A stretch of DNA of 64,000 nt, taken from contig CAXXMB010000002.1 of assembly GCA_963668675.2 (NCBI GenBank), positions 2,016,001-2,080,000 of the forward strand. The letters are read 5' to 3'. Both the position numbers and the translations under genes were made by a program. Of this stretch, positions 20,154-29,362 are shown piece after piece (positions within the stretch are counted from its first letter, which is position 1; each line of letters begins with the position of its first letter). This DNA comes from an uncultured Desulfatitalea sp. (GTDB lineage Bacteria; Desulfobacterota; Desulfobacteria; Desulfobacterales; Desulfosarcinaceae). The notes beneath the pieces are model-generated. The model searched no databases. It had not been told where the DNA came from and saw only the letters and a program-made list of their open reading frames with translations.

Positions 20154-21050
20154 ATGGATTTATGGCAGCTAAAAATTTTCTGTAACGTTGTCGATCTGAA
20201 AAGCTTTTCCAAAGCAGGTGAGGCTGTCCATCTGTCACAGCCAACGGTTAGCAGCCATATCAAAGATCTGGAAGCCCATTTCGGCACTCAGCTCATCGAC
20301 CGTCTGGCCCGCAACGTATCAGCAACAAAAGCCGGAGAGCTGCTCTATGACTACGCCCAACGGTTGATCGCCCTGCAACACGAAACCGAATCAGCCATGG
20401 CAGAGTACATAGGCAACATCAAAGGTCGACTCACCGTTGGTGGAAGCACGATCCCCGGCGGCTATCTCCTCCCCCAACTCATCGGCGCCTTTTCCAAAAG
20501 CTATCCCGATGTGATCATCTCTCTGGTGGTGGCCGATACTTCGGAAATTCTGGAAAAAATCAGTTCGGGCGCCATCGAACTCGGTGTGGTCGGCGCAAGC
20601 GATGAGAGCAACCAACTGGAACAGACCCCGCTGGGCGAAGATGATTTATGCATCGTCGTTCCATCAGGGCACCGGTGGGCTGACCGGGACACCATCTCCA
20701 TATCGGAATTGACCGATGAACCGTTTATTGTGCGTGAAAGCGGTTCCGGAACGCTGCGCTCCATTGAACAGCATATTCACAAAGCAGGCTTCACCTTGAA
20801 TGACTTTCATGTTGTCGCTGAAATGGGAAGCACGGAGGCTGTCCGCCAAAGTATTAAAAGCAGTGTCGGCATCTCCATCTTGTCGGCCATTGCCGTGGCA
20901 GACGATGTCAAAGCGGGCACACTCAAAACGCTTGCCGTAGAAGGACTCCAACTCAAACGCCGCTTCTACCTTACCCGACACAAACACCGCACCCCCTCTC
21001 CCCTCTGCCGCACTTTCGTCGATTTTATAAAAGCGGCGAAGGCTGTTTGA
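20154..21050 (+). CDS. LysR family transcriptional regulator (CysL-like)
   Basis: HTH SFSKAG...LSQPTVSSHIKDLE, GGSTIPG, RESGSGT. Confidence 0.92.
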   Translation: MDLWQLKIFCNVVDLKSFSKAGEAVHLSQPTVSSHIKDLEAHFGTQLIDRLARNVSATKAGELLYDYAQRLIALQHETESAMAEYIGNIKGRLTVGGSTIPGGYLLPQLIGAFSKSYPDVIISLVVADTSEILEKISSGAIELGVVGASDESNQLEQTPLGEDDLCIVVPSGHRWADRDTISISELTDEPFIVRESGSGTLRSIEQHIHKAGFTLNDFHVVAEMGSTEAVRQSIKSSVGISILSAIAVADDVKAGTLKTLAVEGLQLKRRFYLTRHKHRTPSPLCRTFVDFIKAAKAV

Positions 21051-21318
21051 ACAGCTCTCCCCAAAACGTACCCGTATGTAACTTGCCCTGACAAAGCGGG
21101 ATAGACGCCTTTAAATTTTAAAGCCAGCAATAGTCTTTAATGGCCGTTTGTTTACTTCGACTCGGATAAGGGTTATGCTATTAACAATAATGGTTTTATT
21201 GCATAATTTACGGGTTTCGTTAACGCCACCTACGGAGGCGAGTCCGATAGTTGTTGTATAACCTGTTCCCAATAAAGCGTATTGGGAGACATATCGAATC
21301 AACAGCCGAACAAGGCAG

Positions 21319-23493
21319 GTGAATATGAAAATCGCCTTTTCATCCAATGCAAAACTCGTTCTGGAAAAGCGCTATCTCGGCCGTGACGCTTCGGGAAAAA
21401 TCACTGAGACGCCGGAAGAGATGATGCAGCGTGTGGCCCGTCATGTGGCCGCCGGCGATCGGCCTTTTCAGTCTTCCCAATCCGTGGCGCGGACAGAGAA
21501 GGCCTTTTTCGATCTGCTCTCCAAGATGTGGTTCGTACCCAATTCGCCCACACTGATGAATGCCGGCCGTAGCCTGGGACAGTTAGCGGCCTGCTTTGTG
21601 CTGCCGGTGGACGACTCCATCGAAAGCATCTTCGATGCAGTCAAATACACGGCCATGATTCACAAGTCCGGCGGTGGAACAGGCTTCTCCTTCTCCAATA
21701 TCCGCCCGGCCAACGATACCGTGTCGACCACCACCGGCGTCTCCAGTGGCCCGCTTTCGTTCCTCACCGTATTCGATACAGCCACCGAAGCCGTCAAGCA
21801 AGGCGGCACACGCCGAGGGGCCAACATGGGCATTCTGCGGGTGGACCATCCCGATATCGAAGCGTTCATTGCCATCAAAAATCAACCGGGCTGCATGACC
21901 AATTTCAACCTGTCGGTGGCCGTGACCCAGACCTTCCTGGACGCACTCTCCAACGGTGAAGCGTATCAGTTGATCAACCCGCGATCCGGCGAGGCAGTCC
22001 GCAGTATCTCAGCCCAGCACATCTTCGACCTCATCGTACAGTCGGCCTGGGGCAGCGGCGAGCCCGGCATCGTCTTCATAGACCGCATCAACGAAGATAA
22101 CCCCACGCCCCATATCGGCACCATAGACGCCACCAACCCCTGCGGCGAACAACCACTACTCCCATGGGAATCATGCACCCTGGGCGCCATCAATCTCTCC
22201 AAAATGGTCACCGCCAAAGGGGTCATTTACAGCCGCTTGAAACGAACCGTTCACACGGCAGTCCATTTTCTGGACAATGTGATCGAGGTCAACCGCTATC
22301 CACTGCCGGAGATCAAAAACGCCACTCTGCAGACACGCAAAATAGGGTTGGGCGTCATGGGATTCGCCGACATGCTGATCCGTCTCTCGATCCCTTACGA
22401 TTCACAAGCCGCTGTGGATCAAGCCGAAAGCATCATGGCCTTCATCCACCGGGAAGCACGCAGCGCATCGGAAGAGCTGGGGCGTCGCCGGGGCAGCTTC
22501 CCGGCCTTCCAAGGCAGTTCTCTGGAGAGCAACGGACTCAACCGTAGGCGCAATGCCACCGTGACCACCATTGCGCCTACGGGCACCATCAGTATCATCG
22601 CTGGCACATCCAGCGGCATCGAACCCCTGTTTGCCGTCGCCCATGAGCGCCATGTCCTCGATGGTCAGGTGCTTACGGAGATGCACCCCCTCTTCGTCCA
22701 GACGGCCAAAAAGCAGGGTTTTTACTCCGAAGCACTGGTCCAGTCCGTGGCCAAAACAGGGTCTGTGCAAGGCAATGCGGCTGTCCCCGATGAGGTGCAG
22801 CGCCTCTTTCGCACCGCTCACGACATCGCCCCGCAGTGGCACGTCACGCTTCAGGCGGCGTTTCAGAAGCATACCGACAATGCCGTCTCCAAAACAGTGA
22901 ACTTTCCCGCGGAAGCCACCCCTGAGGAGGTGGCCCAGGTGTTTCTCTCCGCGGCCGAAAAGGGTTGCAAGGGAATTACCATCTACCGCGACGGCAGCCG
23001 TCTGCACCAGGTCCTCAATGTCGGACAGGAGCAAAAAGAGGGCGATCACATCGCCCCACGCCCGCGCCCCCAACGCACCTTCGGCCTCACCGAAAGGATC
23101 AGTACAGGGTGCGGCAAACTATACGTCACCATCAACTCTGACGAACAGGGGATGTGTGAGGTGTTTGCTCAGATGGGAAAAACCGGTGGGTGCGCCTCTT
23201 CTCAAATTGAGGCCGCCGGCCGCTTGATCTCACTGGCGTTACGTTCGGGGGTAGGACCGGAGGCGATTATCAAGCAGCTCAACGGAATCCGTTGTCCGTC
23301 GCCCATCTGGCAAAACGGCAAGATGGTGCTTTCGTGCCCGGATGCCATGGCGCAGGTGCTGCTGCGGGTGGCTGCGACCGAACCGGAAGTGTCTCGCCAA
23401 CCGGCCGGCTTCTGCCCGGATTGCGGGGGTGCATTGACACCCAGTGAGGGGTGCCTGAACTGCTACGCCTGTGGCTATTCCAAATGTGCCTGA
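21319..23493 (+). CDS. nrdJ: Adenosylcobalamin-dependent (class II) ribonucleotide reductase with C-terminal TSCPD/Zn-ribbon region
   Basis: PNSPTLMNAG, ACFV, GGTRRGANM, ATNPCGEQPL, TIAPTGT, YRDGSR, SCPD, C-terminal CPDCG...CYACGYSKC; no beta subunit gene nearby. Confidence 0.93.
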   Translation: MNMKIAFSSNAKLVLEKRYLGRDASGKITETPEEMMQRVARHVAAGDRPFQSSQSVARTEKAFFDLLSKMWFVPNSPTLMNAGRSLGQLAACFVLPVDDSIESIFDAVKYTAMIHKSGGGTGFSFSNIRPANDTVSTTTGVSSGPLSFLTVFDTATEAVKQGGTRRGANMGILRVDHPDIEAFIAIKNQPGCMTNFNLSVAVTQTFLDALSNGEAYQLINPRSGEAVRSISAQHIFDLIVQSAWGSGEPGIVFIDRINEDNPTPHIGTIDATNPCGEQPLLPWESCTLGAINLSKMVTAKGVIYSRLKRTVHTAVHFLDNVIEVNRYPLPEIKNATLQTRKIGLGVMGFADMLIRLSIPYDSQAAVDQAESIMAFIHREARSASEELGRRRGSFPAFQGSSLESNGLNRRRNATVTTIAPTGTISIIAGTSSGIEPLFAVAHERHVLDGQVLTEMHPLFVQTAKKQGFYSEALVQSVAKTGSVQGNAAVPDEVQRLFRTAHDIAPQWHVTLQAAFQKHTDNAVSKTVNFPAEATPEEVAQVFLSAAEKGCKGITIYRDGSRLHQVLNVGQEQKEGDHIAPRPRPQRTFGLTERISTGCGKLYVTINSDEQGMCEVFAQMGKTGGCASSQIEAAGRLISLALRSGVGPEAIIKQLNGIRCPSPIWQNGKMVLSCPDAMAQVLLRVAATEPEVSRQPAGFCPDCGGALTPSEGCLNCYACGYSKCA

Positions 23494-23514
23494 AAGGACT
23501 TTAAGAAGCGTTTG

Positions 23515-24249
23515 TTAGCGAGAATCGCTTTTCTTTGGCTTTTTTGCTCGATCGGCCACGGACATCTGCCCCATCACCGCTCCCACAACGGAGGCCACAG
23601 CCGCATCGACACTCATGTTCGCGGTATTGATGATCATGTCGTAGTGAACCGGATCGACGATATCCGCATTGAACGACTGGCGGACGAAAGCACGTCGCCT
23701 GTTTTCGCGAATCAGCACACGCTTTTTGGCGATGTCGGTGGGAACGCGAAAACGGTGGGCCACGTTTTCGATGCGCAGCTCAATCGGCGCAACCACGCGA
23801 ACGGCAAATCGATCCTTGGGGGGAATGATAAAATTGGCGCCCCGGCCTACAATCACCGCATTGCCATGTTTGCCGATAGTACCGACCACCTTCATCAGGG
23901 CGTTCAGGTAGATGCCGGGATGGATATATTGGTCCTTGATGACGGATGCAATAAAGTCCTGAACGCCTGAAAGGCGCTCTTTTTCGAGGGAGTCGACAAC
24001 CGCCGTGCTGATACGGGCGCTTTCGGCTATTTTGTGCATCATGTCGCGGTGAAAAAAATCGAAATCGAGTTGCTTGGCAATCTGTTCTGCAATGATACAG
24101 CCCCCGCTTCCCGGTTCCATGCAGAGCGTGATAACGGGTATTTTGGCCCTCTTTTTCTTTTCGTCGGCCGAATATAGCTTCTGCCACTTCTTGATCTGTT
24201 GATTGACAAACTCCTCTACGGAGATCTGATCGCGATCCACTTTTCCCAT
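23515..24249 (-). CDS. Cytidylate kinase-like family protein
   Basis: VITLCMEPGSGG, VIVGRGA, YDMIINT; degenerate P-loop; start 24249 or 24270. Confidence 0.85.
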   Translation of the reverse strand: MGKVDRDQISVEEFVNQQIKKWQKLYSADEKKKRAKIPVITLCMEPGSGGCIIAEQIAKQLDFDFFHRDMMHKIAESARISTAVVDSLEKERLSGVQDFIASVIKDQYIHPGIYLNALMKVVGTIGKHGNAVIVGRGANFIIPPKDRFAVRVVAPIELRIENVAHRFRVPTDIAKKRVLIRENRRRAFVRQSFNADIVDPVHYDMIINTANMSVDAAVASVVGAVMGQMSVADRAKKPKKSDSR

Positions 24250-24400
24250 AATAGAACCTCTTTGCCGCATGCATCGGCCCCTTCAGCATAGATGCGGCAT
24301 TAAAAATTGAATGAGGCCAAATAGCCCCATTTATATTTCCTCATCCAAGATGTCAATCAATTAACGGCGGCTTTGACGCCTCGCAGGCGACAGCATCGGA

Positions 24401-24976
24401 TCAATGTTCGAAAGAATTCATCCAAGACTGCACAAATTGATTGTGATCTTGGTCCGTTATTACTTTGGGGAGCTTTTCCTGAGCCAAATCGACAGCCATG
24501 TCGATAAGTTCGGCGCGAATGCGAACAGCGGCATCACGCACCAATGCGTCTATTTTCTGCCTGGCCGACGCCATCATGAGAGCACTCTCATTCTGAGCTT
24601 CCCCGATCAAGGCCTCTTTGCGCCGGTGCCCCTCGGCAATGATCTTTTCCTTAATCAGCGCCAAACGCTCCTGTCCGGCGTCGAGTTCGATTTGGGTATC
24701 ATTGATCTTGTTTTGGATATCGCGTTTTCGATCCTCCAACGCTTGAATGGTATGGCGAACCTCCGCCCTTTTATCCTTCAGGAAACTGATAATCGGCCTG
24801 CGTGCAAATTTGACAATCAGACCGGTGAGGATAAAAAAATTGACCCAAAGAATGATCAGATCATAGGTCTGCCTCGTAAACTCAATGGGGCCTGCCGCCC
24901 AAGCCAAGCTGCCGGCGCCAAAGAAAACCACTGCGGTGATAGTTAGAGCTCTGAGAGGTTGGCTTAAACGTCCCAT
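24401..24976 (-). CDS. atpF: ATP synthase Fo subunit b
   Basis: N-terminal hydrophobic extension, WVNFFIL TM helix, charged coiled coil; GGAGG RBS before ATG 24976. Confidence 0.85.
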   Translation of the reverse strand: MGRLSQPLRALTITAVVFFGAGSLAWAAGPIEFTRQTYDLIILWVNFFILTGLIVKFARRPIISFLKDKRAEVRHTIQALEDRKRDIQNKINDTQIELDAGQERLALIKEKIIAEGHRRKEALIGEAQNESALMMASARQKIDALVRDAAVRIRAELIDMAVDLAQEKLPKVITDQDHNQFVQSWMNSFEH

Positions 24977-24978
24977 TA

Positions 24979-25434
24979 TCAAGCCTCCAGCTTGCGATCC
25001 AGCAGCAGAGCGATCATCCTGTCCGCTACTGCACCTGCCTCTTTCTTGGCCTCCGTCAATGCAACGTCCAATTTATCAGCGGTTTCCTTCTGGGCCGCTG
25101 ATTTCATGGCGTTGATCTCCTCTTTGGTCCGGGCGATCATATCCATGGCCGCCTTTTGTCCGACCGCTTCAATTTCATCTCTTATTTTTTGCGCCGTGTC
25201 GCGGGCTTCCAGCTCCCGGCTCCTGATCTCCTCTCGGATCTGATCGTACTCCTCCCCCGCCTCTTCAATCTCTTCGTTCAGCCGCAGCAGAAAAAACTGC
25301 CGCTCTTGCATGACCCGATCCAACGGCCGGATCATGATGCGATGGATGATGAACAAAAAGAGCAGAAACGACAGCAGTTGGAACACCACGGTCGCATTGA
25401 TCGTAATCAGGGCTATGGTTTCAACGACTTCCAT
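24979..25434 (-). CDS. ATP synthase Fo subunit b'
   Basis: INATVVFQLLSFLLFLFII...RPL..VM.ER followed by coiled coil. Confidence 0.85.
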   Translation of the reverse strand: MEVVETIALITINATVVFQLLSFLLFLFIIHRIMIRPLDRVMQERQFFLLRLNEEIEEAGEEYDQIREEIRSRELEARDTAQKIRDEIEAVGQKAAMDMIARTKEEINAMKSAAQKETADKLDVALTEAKKEAGAVADRMIALLLDRKLEA

Positions 25435-25469
25435 ATTCGGTTTGCTCGCAAAGTGATTGGCTGGAGCCG

Positions 25470-25718
25470 TTAAACGACAAATAGAAGCAGCAGTGCAACG
25501 ACCAGGGAGTAGATGCCGGTGGACTCGGAAACGGCCTGTCCCACCAGCATGGTGCGGGTCAGCAATCCTGCCTCTTTCGGGTTTTTACCAATGGCCTCAC
25601 ACGCCTTGGCGGCAACCATACCTTCGCCGACGCCAGGGCCGATGGCGCCTAAACCCATGGAGATACCGGCACCCAATAGTGCCGCAGCTTTGATGAGATC
25701 TGCACCTTCGATTGCCAT
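25470..25718 (-). CDS. atpE: ATP synthase Fo subunit c, Na+-type signature
   Basis: Gly-rich helix GLGAIGPGVGEG (E32), KNP loop, ESTGIY (E65 S66 T67 Y70). Confidence 0.95.
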   Translation of the reverse strand: MAIEGADLIKAAALLGAGISMGLGAIGPGVGEGMVAAKACEAIGKNPKEAGLLTRTMLVGQAVSESTGIYSLVVALLLLFVV

Positions 25719-25797
25719 ACGAACCTCCGGGCCCCGCTATGCGGGGTAGCTAAAGTTTACCTGTTGTAAAAACGTCGAAAAACCAACCTTCAATCGT

Positions 25798-26772
25798 CTA
25801 TATGACGAAAATAAGCACCAAACTCACCACCATTGCGTAAATGGCGGTGGACTGGGAAACCGCCTGCCCTACCAGCATGATTCTCATAAGATCGGCGGCA
25901 TTCTCCGTGTTGCGGGCCACCCAGCGCACAGCACCCCGGGCCACCTCACCGTTGCCGACCCCCGGCCCGATGCCCCCGAACCCCATGCAGATCCCGGCCG
26001 ATAGCAGTGCGATAGCCGGGCTCAGGGCCTGAGACTCAGGAAAAGATTTGAATATCAGGACAAAACTGATCAGCAGTCCGAAGATTGAAGAGGTCTGTGC
26101 AACGGCCTGCCCCACCAGCATGGTGGTCGTGACATTGCCTACGGAGTTGGGATTTCGGGCCACCCCTTCACAACTGGCGCCCGCCGCCAAACCACCGCCA
26201 TACCCCGACCCGATGGCGGCCAGCCCCGTGCTGAGACCGGCGCCGATCACCGCTCCCCATCCGGGCTGGAACGGTATATCCTTGAACTGCATGAACAACA
26301 GCAGCAGAGAGACCACCATGGATAAAATAGCCGGTGTCTGGCATACGGCCGATCCGATCAGCATGTTGGTCGTCAGACGCGTCGATGCCAAGGGCTGGCG
26401 GGCGATCCCCAGGCAGGTCTCGGCAGCCGGGAACCCGGAACCGATCCCCGATCCCAGGGCGCCGAAGCCCATACACATACCGGCGCCCATCAGAGAGGCC
26501 GCCTGGATATAACCTGCCGACGGCGTCTCGAGAAATAGCAGAAGGATGGCAACGACAAGGGCGAAAATTGAGGCCGATTCCGCCACCGCCTGCCCAACCA
26601 GCATGTTCTTGAAGATGTCGCCCGAAAGTTGCGGGTTGCGGGATACGGCCATGTTGGCCTGGGCTGCGGTGTATCCCTCGCCGATGGCCGCGCCCAGGGC
26701 ACCCATGCCCATGGCGAACCCGCCCCCAGCGAAAGCTGCAATTCTCATTGCCGATAAAGCGTCCATGTCCAT
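25798..26772 (-). CDS. atpE: Four-hairpin fused ATP synthase c subunit (324 aa)
   Basis: Four ~80-aa c repeats with loops RNP, RQP, RNP, RNT; ion-site residue is E65, Q145, Q226, Q307. Confidence 0.92.
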   Translation of the reverse strand: MDMDALSAMRIAAFAGGGFAMGMGALGAAIGEGYTAAQANMAVSRNPQLSGDIFKNMLVGQAVAESASIFALVVAILLLFLETPSAGYIQAASLMGAGMCMGFGALGSGIGSGFPAAETCLGIARQPLASTRLTTNMLIGSAVCQTPAILSMVVSLLLLFMQFKDIPFQPGWGAVIGAGLSTGLAAIGSGYGGGLAAGASCEGVARNPNSVGNVTTTMLVGQAVAQTSSIFGLLISFVLIFKSFPESQALSPAIALLSAGICMGFGGIGPGVGNGEVARGAVRWVARNTENAADLMRIMLVGQAVSQSTAIYAMVVSLVLIFVI

Positions 26773-26775
26773 CGT

Positions 26776-27449
26776 CTATTTCACCTGAACCGATATGTAG
26801 ACCACAGTGAGCATGGTGAACACAAAGGCCTGAATGGTTCCAACAAAGAGCCCGAAAAAGGCGTTTAACAGCGGCGGCAGTACGATGCTGTAAGTCAAAT
26901 AGGAAACGACGGTTATGATGATCGAGCCGCCCATGATGTTTCCGAAAAGCCGGAAGGAGATGGAGACCACTTTGGCCAGCTCACCGATAACATTCAGGGG
27001 CATCATAAAAAACATCGGTTGGAAATACTCTTTGGCATAATGTTTAAAGCCTTTGGACTTGATACCGGCGTAATGTGCGATGACAAACCCCATCAAGCCA
27101 AGACTGAGCGGCGTATTGAGATCCTTGGTGGGCTCGTGCAGATGGGGTATGATGCCAAGCCAGTTGCAAAGCACCAGAAACATGAAGAGGGCACAAATCA
27201 ACGGGGCATAGGTTTGCGCCAGGTACTTGCCCATGGCATCCTCGGTCAGTTCGTACAACTTGGAGACGAGCAGCTCCCGATAATCTGAAAACGGTTGGGG
27301 ACCATGGCGCGCCTGGACGAGCAGAGCCATCCGAACACGATCAGCACGACAATGACGATCCAGGTCATAATCATCACTTCAATATTCAACCGAATCGGAT
27401 ATCCGGCGATGTGGAATACAAGCTGATGAATTTTACCAAGCTCTTCCAT
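26776..27449 (-). pseudogene. atpB: ATP synthase Fo subunit a, split by a single-base frameshift as sequenced (possibly a sequence error)
   Basis: N-terminal ORF (MTWIV...PNRFQIIG) and C-terminal ORF (ELLVSKL...NWLGIIP...PTKDLN...SFRLFGNI...IQAFVF) join if one G is added to the GGG run (plus-strand CCC 27276-27278). Confidence 0.88.
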
Positions 27450-27463
27450 GGCAGCCTTCGGCC

Positions 27464-27841
27464 CTAATCCCTTCTGAAAACCATCTTGGTGAAATGCTCT
27501 CCCACAAGTACCGCCTGCACCATGAACAAACCCGCTGCAGCAGCGATGAAATTGACCGCATCCATCTGGATCGCGATCACCAGGGGAACCGCAAGCAGAA
27601 TATATCTCGACCCGATACTGCCTAAATTGATCAATACGGACTGGCGCCGGCTTTTATCAAGGCGCAGGGGCAGCAGCATCGCCATCACAACGAAATTGAA
27701 GACGCTGAAAAGGGTTCCCAGGACCAGCCCCTTGGCAACCGGTTTGGCGCCGATCGCCAGAAACACCAAGGCGGCGATGATGGCCAGCGCCATGGCCCTG
27801 GAACAGTATTTTTTTTGAATTTCTTTGGTATCCGTCATCAT
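27464..27841 (-). CDS. atpI: ATP synthase protein I (4 TM, c-ring assembly)
   Basis: Four hydrophobic helices, GLVLGTLFSVFNF, RYILL; directly upstream of subunit a. Confidence 0.82.
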   Translation of the reverse strand: MMTDTKEIQKKYCSRAMALAIIAALVFLAIGAKPVAKGLVLGTLFSVFNFVVMAMLLPLRLDKSRRQSVLINLGSIGSRYILLAVPLVIAIQMDAVNFIAAAAGLFMVQAVLVGEHFTKMVFRRD

Positions 27842-27851
27842 CGGAAAGCGC

Positions 27852-28076
27852 TTATTTCCTCTCCTCGTCTTTCAGAACCTCTTTGATCTGACGATAAGCG
27901 ACGTTGATGCCGCCGGCCACCCCCAGTAAGGTGAAGATGGCGATGAAGATACCGCGCGTGCCCAACCAGCGATCGAGATAGAGTCCAATGAAGAAGCACA
28001 AAACAATACAGCCGGCAATGGTTAGGCCGAATTGCATCACGATATATACCTGACCCATCCAGTAGCTCTTTTTCAT
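27852..28076 (-). CDS. AtpZ/AtpI family small membrane protein
   Basis: Two TM helices with the IGLYLDRWLGT signature; first gene of the Fo operon. Confidence 0.85.
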   Translation of the reverse strand: MKKSYWMGQVYIVMQFGLTIAGCIVLCFFIGLYLDRWLGTRGIFIAIFTLLGVAGGINVAYRQIKEVLKDEERK

Positions 28077-28703
28077 GGAATCAAAAAGCGTCGATGGTTC
28101 GCGGGTCTGGCTTCCTTCTCCACCATTGCCGGCATGTCATTTTTCATTCACGTAATGGCGCAGGTTAAGCGGCCCCGTGCGGTAACCCGAAACCCAGCCG
28201 TGATAGCCAGCCAATATGTTTCGATCATGCAGTTGGAGTTTTGAATTTTAAACCGGATTTGACGCAAGTGCACACCGTCTCTGGCTAAAGGGTTGGATGA
28301 TCTCTCTGGCAAAACGGCTAACAACGGATTTAACACGAGTAATGATTAAGTATCAAAGTATGATAATCGCTGTCAAGCAGTTGAAGCTCGACACACCGAA
28401 TGAATATCATACAGCCACTGAAGTCGTGAATAATATTGACGCAGACTCATTTTTTCATTAGATTTTACAAAGCGTGCAGGTGACGATGGGGGACTCGATC
28501 CCCCATCGGTGCCAGTTCGTTCGGCAACCTGCATCGTGCTGCCAACCTTTCCGACCATTGACATACACGGTTCGAGATCTTCAATGGCAGCTATCGATCA
28601 GCCCTAATCCATCAACAAACCAGCACTTCTGGCAGCAGTTCTGAATAGCCCATAAAGGTGCAGACAGCTAAGGCGCCGGATTGACAAATATGAGGAGGCA
28701 CCA

Positions 28704-29342
28704 ATGGCGGTGATAACCATTTCCAGACAGTTCGGAGCAGGCGGCCTGACGCTGGGACGGCAACTTGCAGAGCAGATGGGGTACACCTTTGTCAGCGATG
28801 AGATCATCAAAATGGTGGCCAAAAGGGCCCGGGTTTCATCGGACTGGGTAGAATCGGTGGAGAGGGAGGCTGGCGGCCGCCTGCAGAAATTCATCACCAC
28901 CCTCGTCCCCAGAGGGCTGGTGGACCGCATTCTGGACGATCAGCGTGGATATATTGATGAGGAGATCTACGTCGATCTACTCGGAAAAATCATCAATACC
29001 ATTGCCGATGAAGACGACTGCGTCATTCTCGGGCGCGGTGGTCAGTTTTTCCTGCAGGAGCGGCCGGATGCCTTTCATATCCTGCTGATCGCCGATGTGG
29101 ATTACCGCGTTCAATTTATGGAGGAGCGATACGATCTTACCCACGCCAATGCGGTGCAGACCATACAGGCTGAGGGCAAACGACGCACCAATCTATACCG
29201 TAAAATTGGCCGCGCCGATTACGACAGGCCTGAACATTACCACCTCACCTTCAATATGAGCAGGATCAACATGGAAACCGCCATAAGGGTTATCCAGAGC
29301 CTGGTCACCGGCAACGGGCCACCACCCGCCGCATCCAAATAA
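28704..29342 (+). CDS. Cytidylate kinase-like family protein
   Basis: MAVITISRQFGAGG, VILGRGG, YHLTFN; GAGGAGG RBS. Confidence 0.9.
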   Translation: MAVITISRQFGAGGLTLGRQLAEQMGYTFVSDEIIKMVAKRARVSSDWVESVEREAGGRLQKFITTLVPRGLVDRILDDQRGYIDEEIYVDLLGKIINTIADEDDCVILGRGGQFFLQERPDAFHILLIADVDYRVQFMEERYDLTHANAVQTIQAEGKRRTNLYRKIGRADYDRPEHYHLTFNMSRINMETAIRVIQSLVTGNGPPPAASK

Positions 29343-29362
29343 TTCAAAGATCGACGGACGAC

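Noticed and set aside
21051..21318. Cobalamin riboswitch or NrdR boxes upstream of nrdJ
   Set aside because: No B12 box and no convincing pair of NrdR palindromes by eye.
28424..28440. Rex-like site CGTGAA-N5-TTGACG near the Fo operon
   Set aside because: Spacer is one base longer than the Rex palindrome and one half-site is mismatched.
28484..28508. tRNA T-arm look-alike (minus strand GGGGGATCGAGTCCCCC)
   Set aside because: No TTC loop, no D or anticodon arms at proper spacing and no matching acceptor stem.
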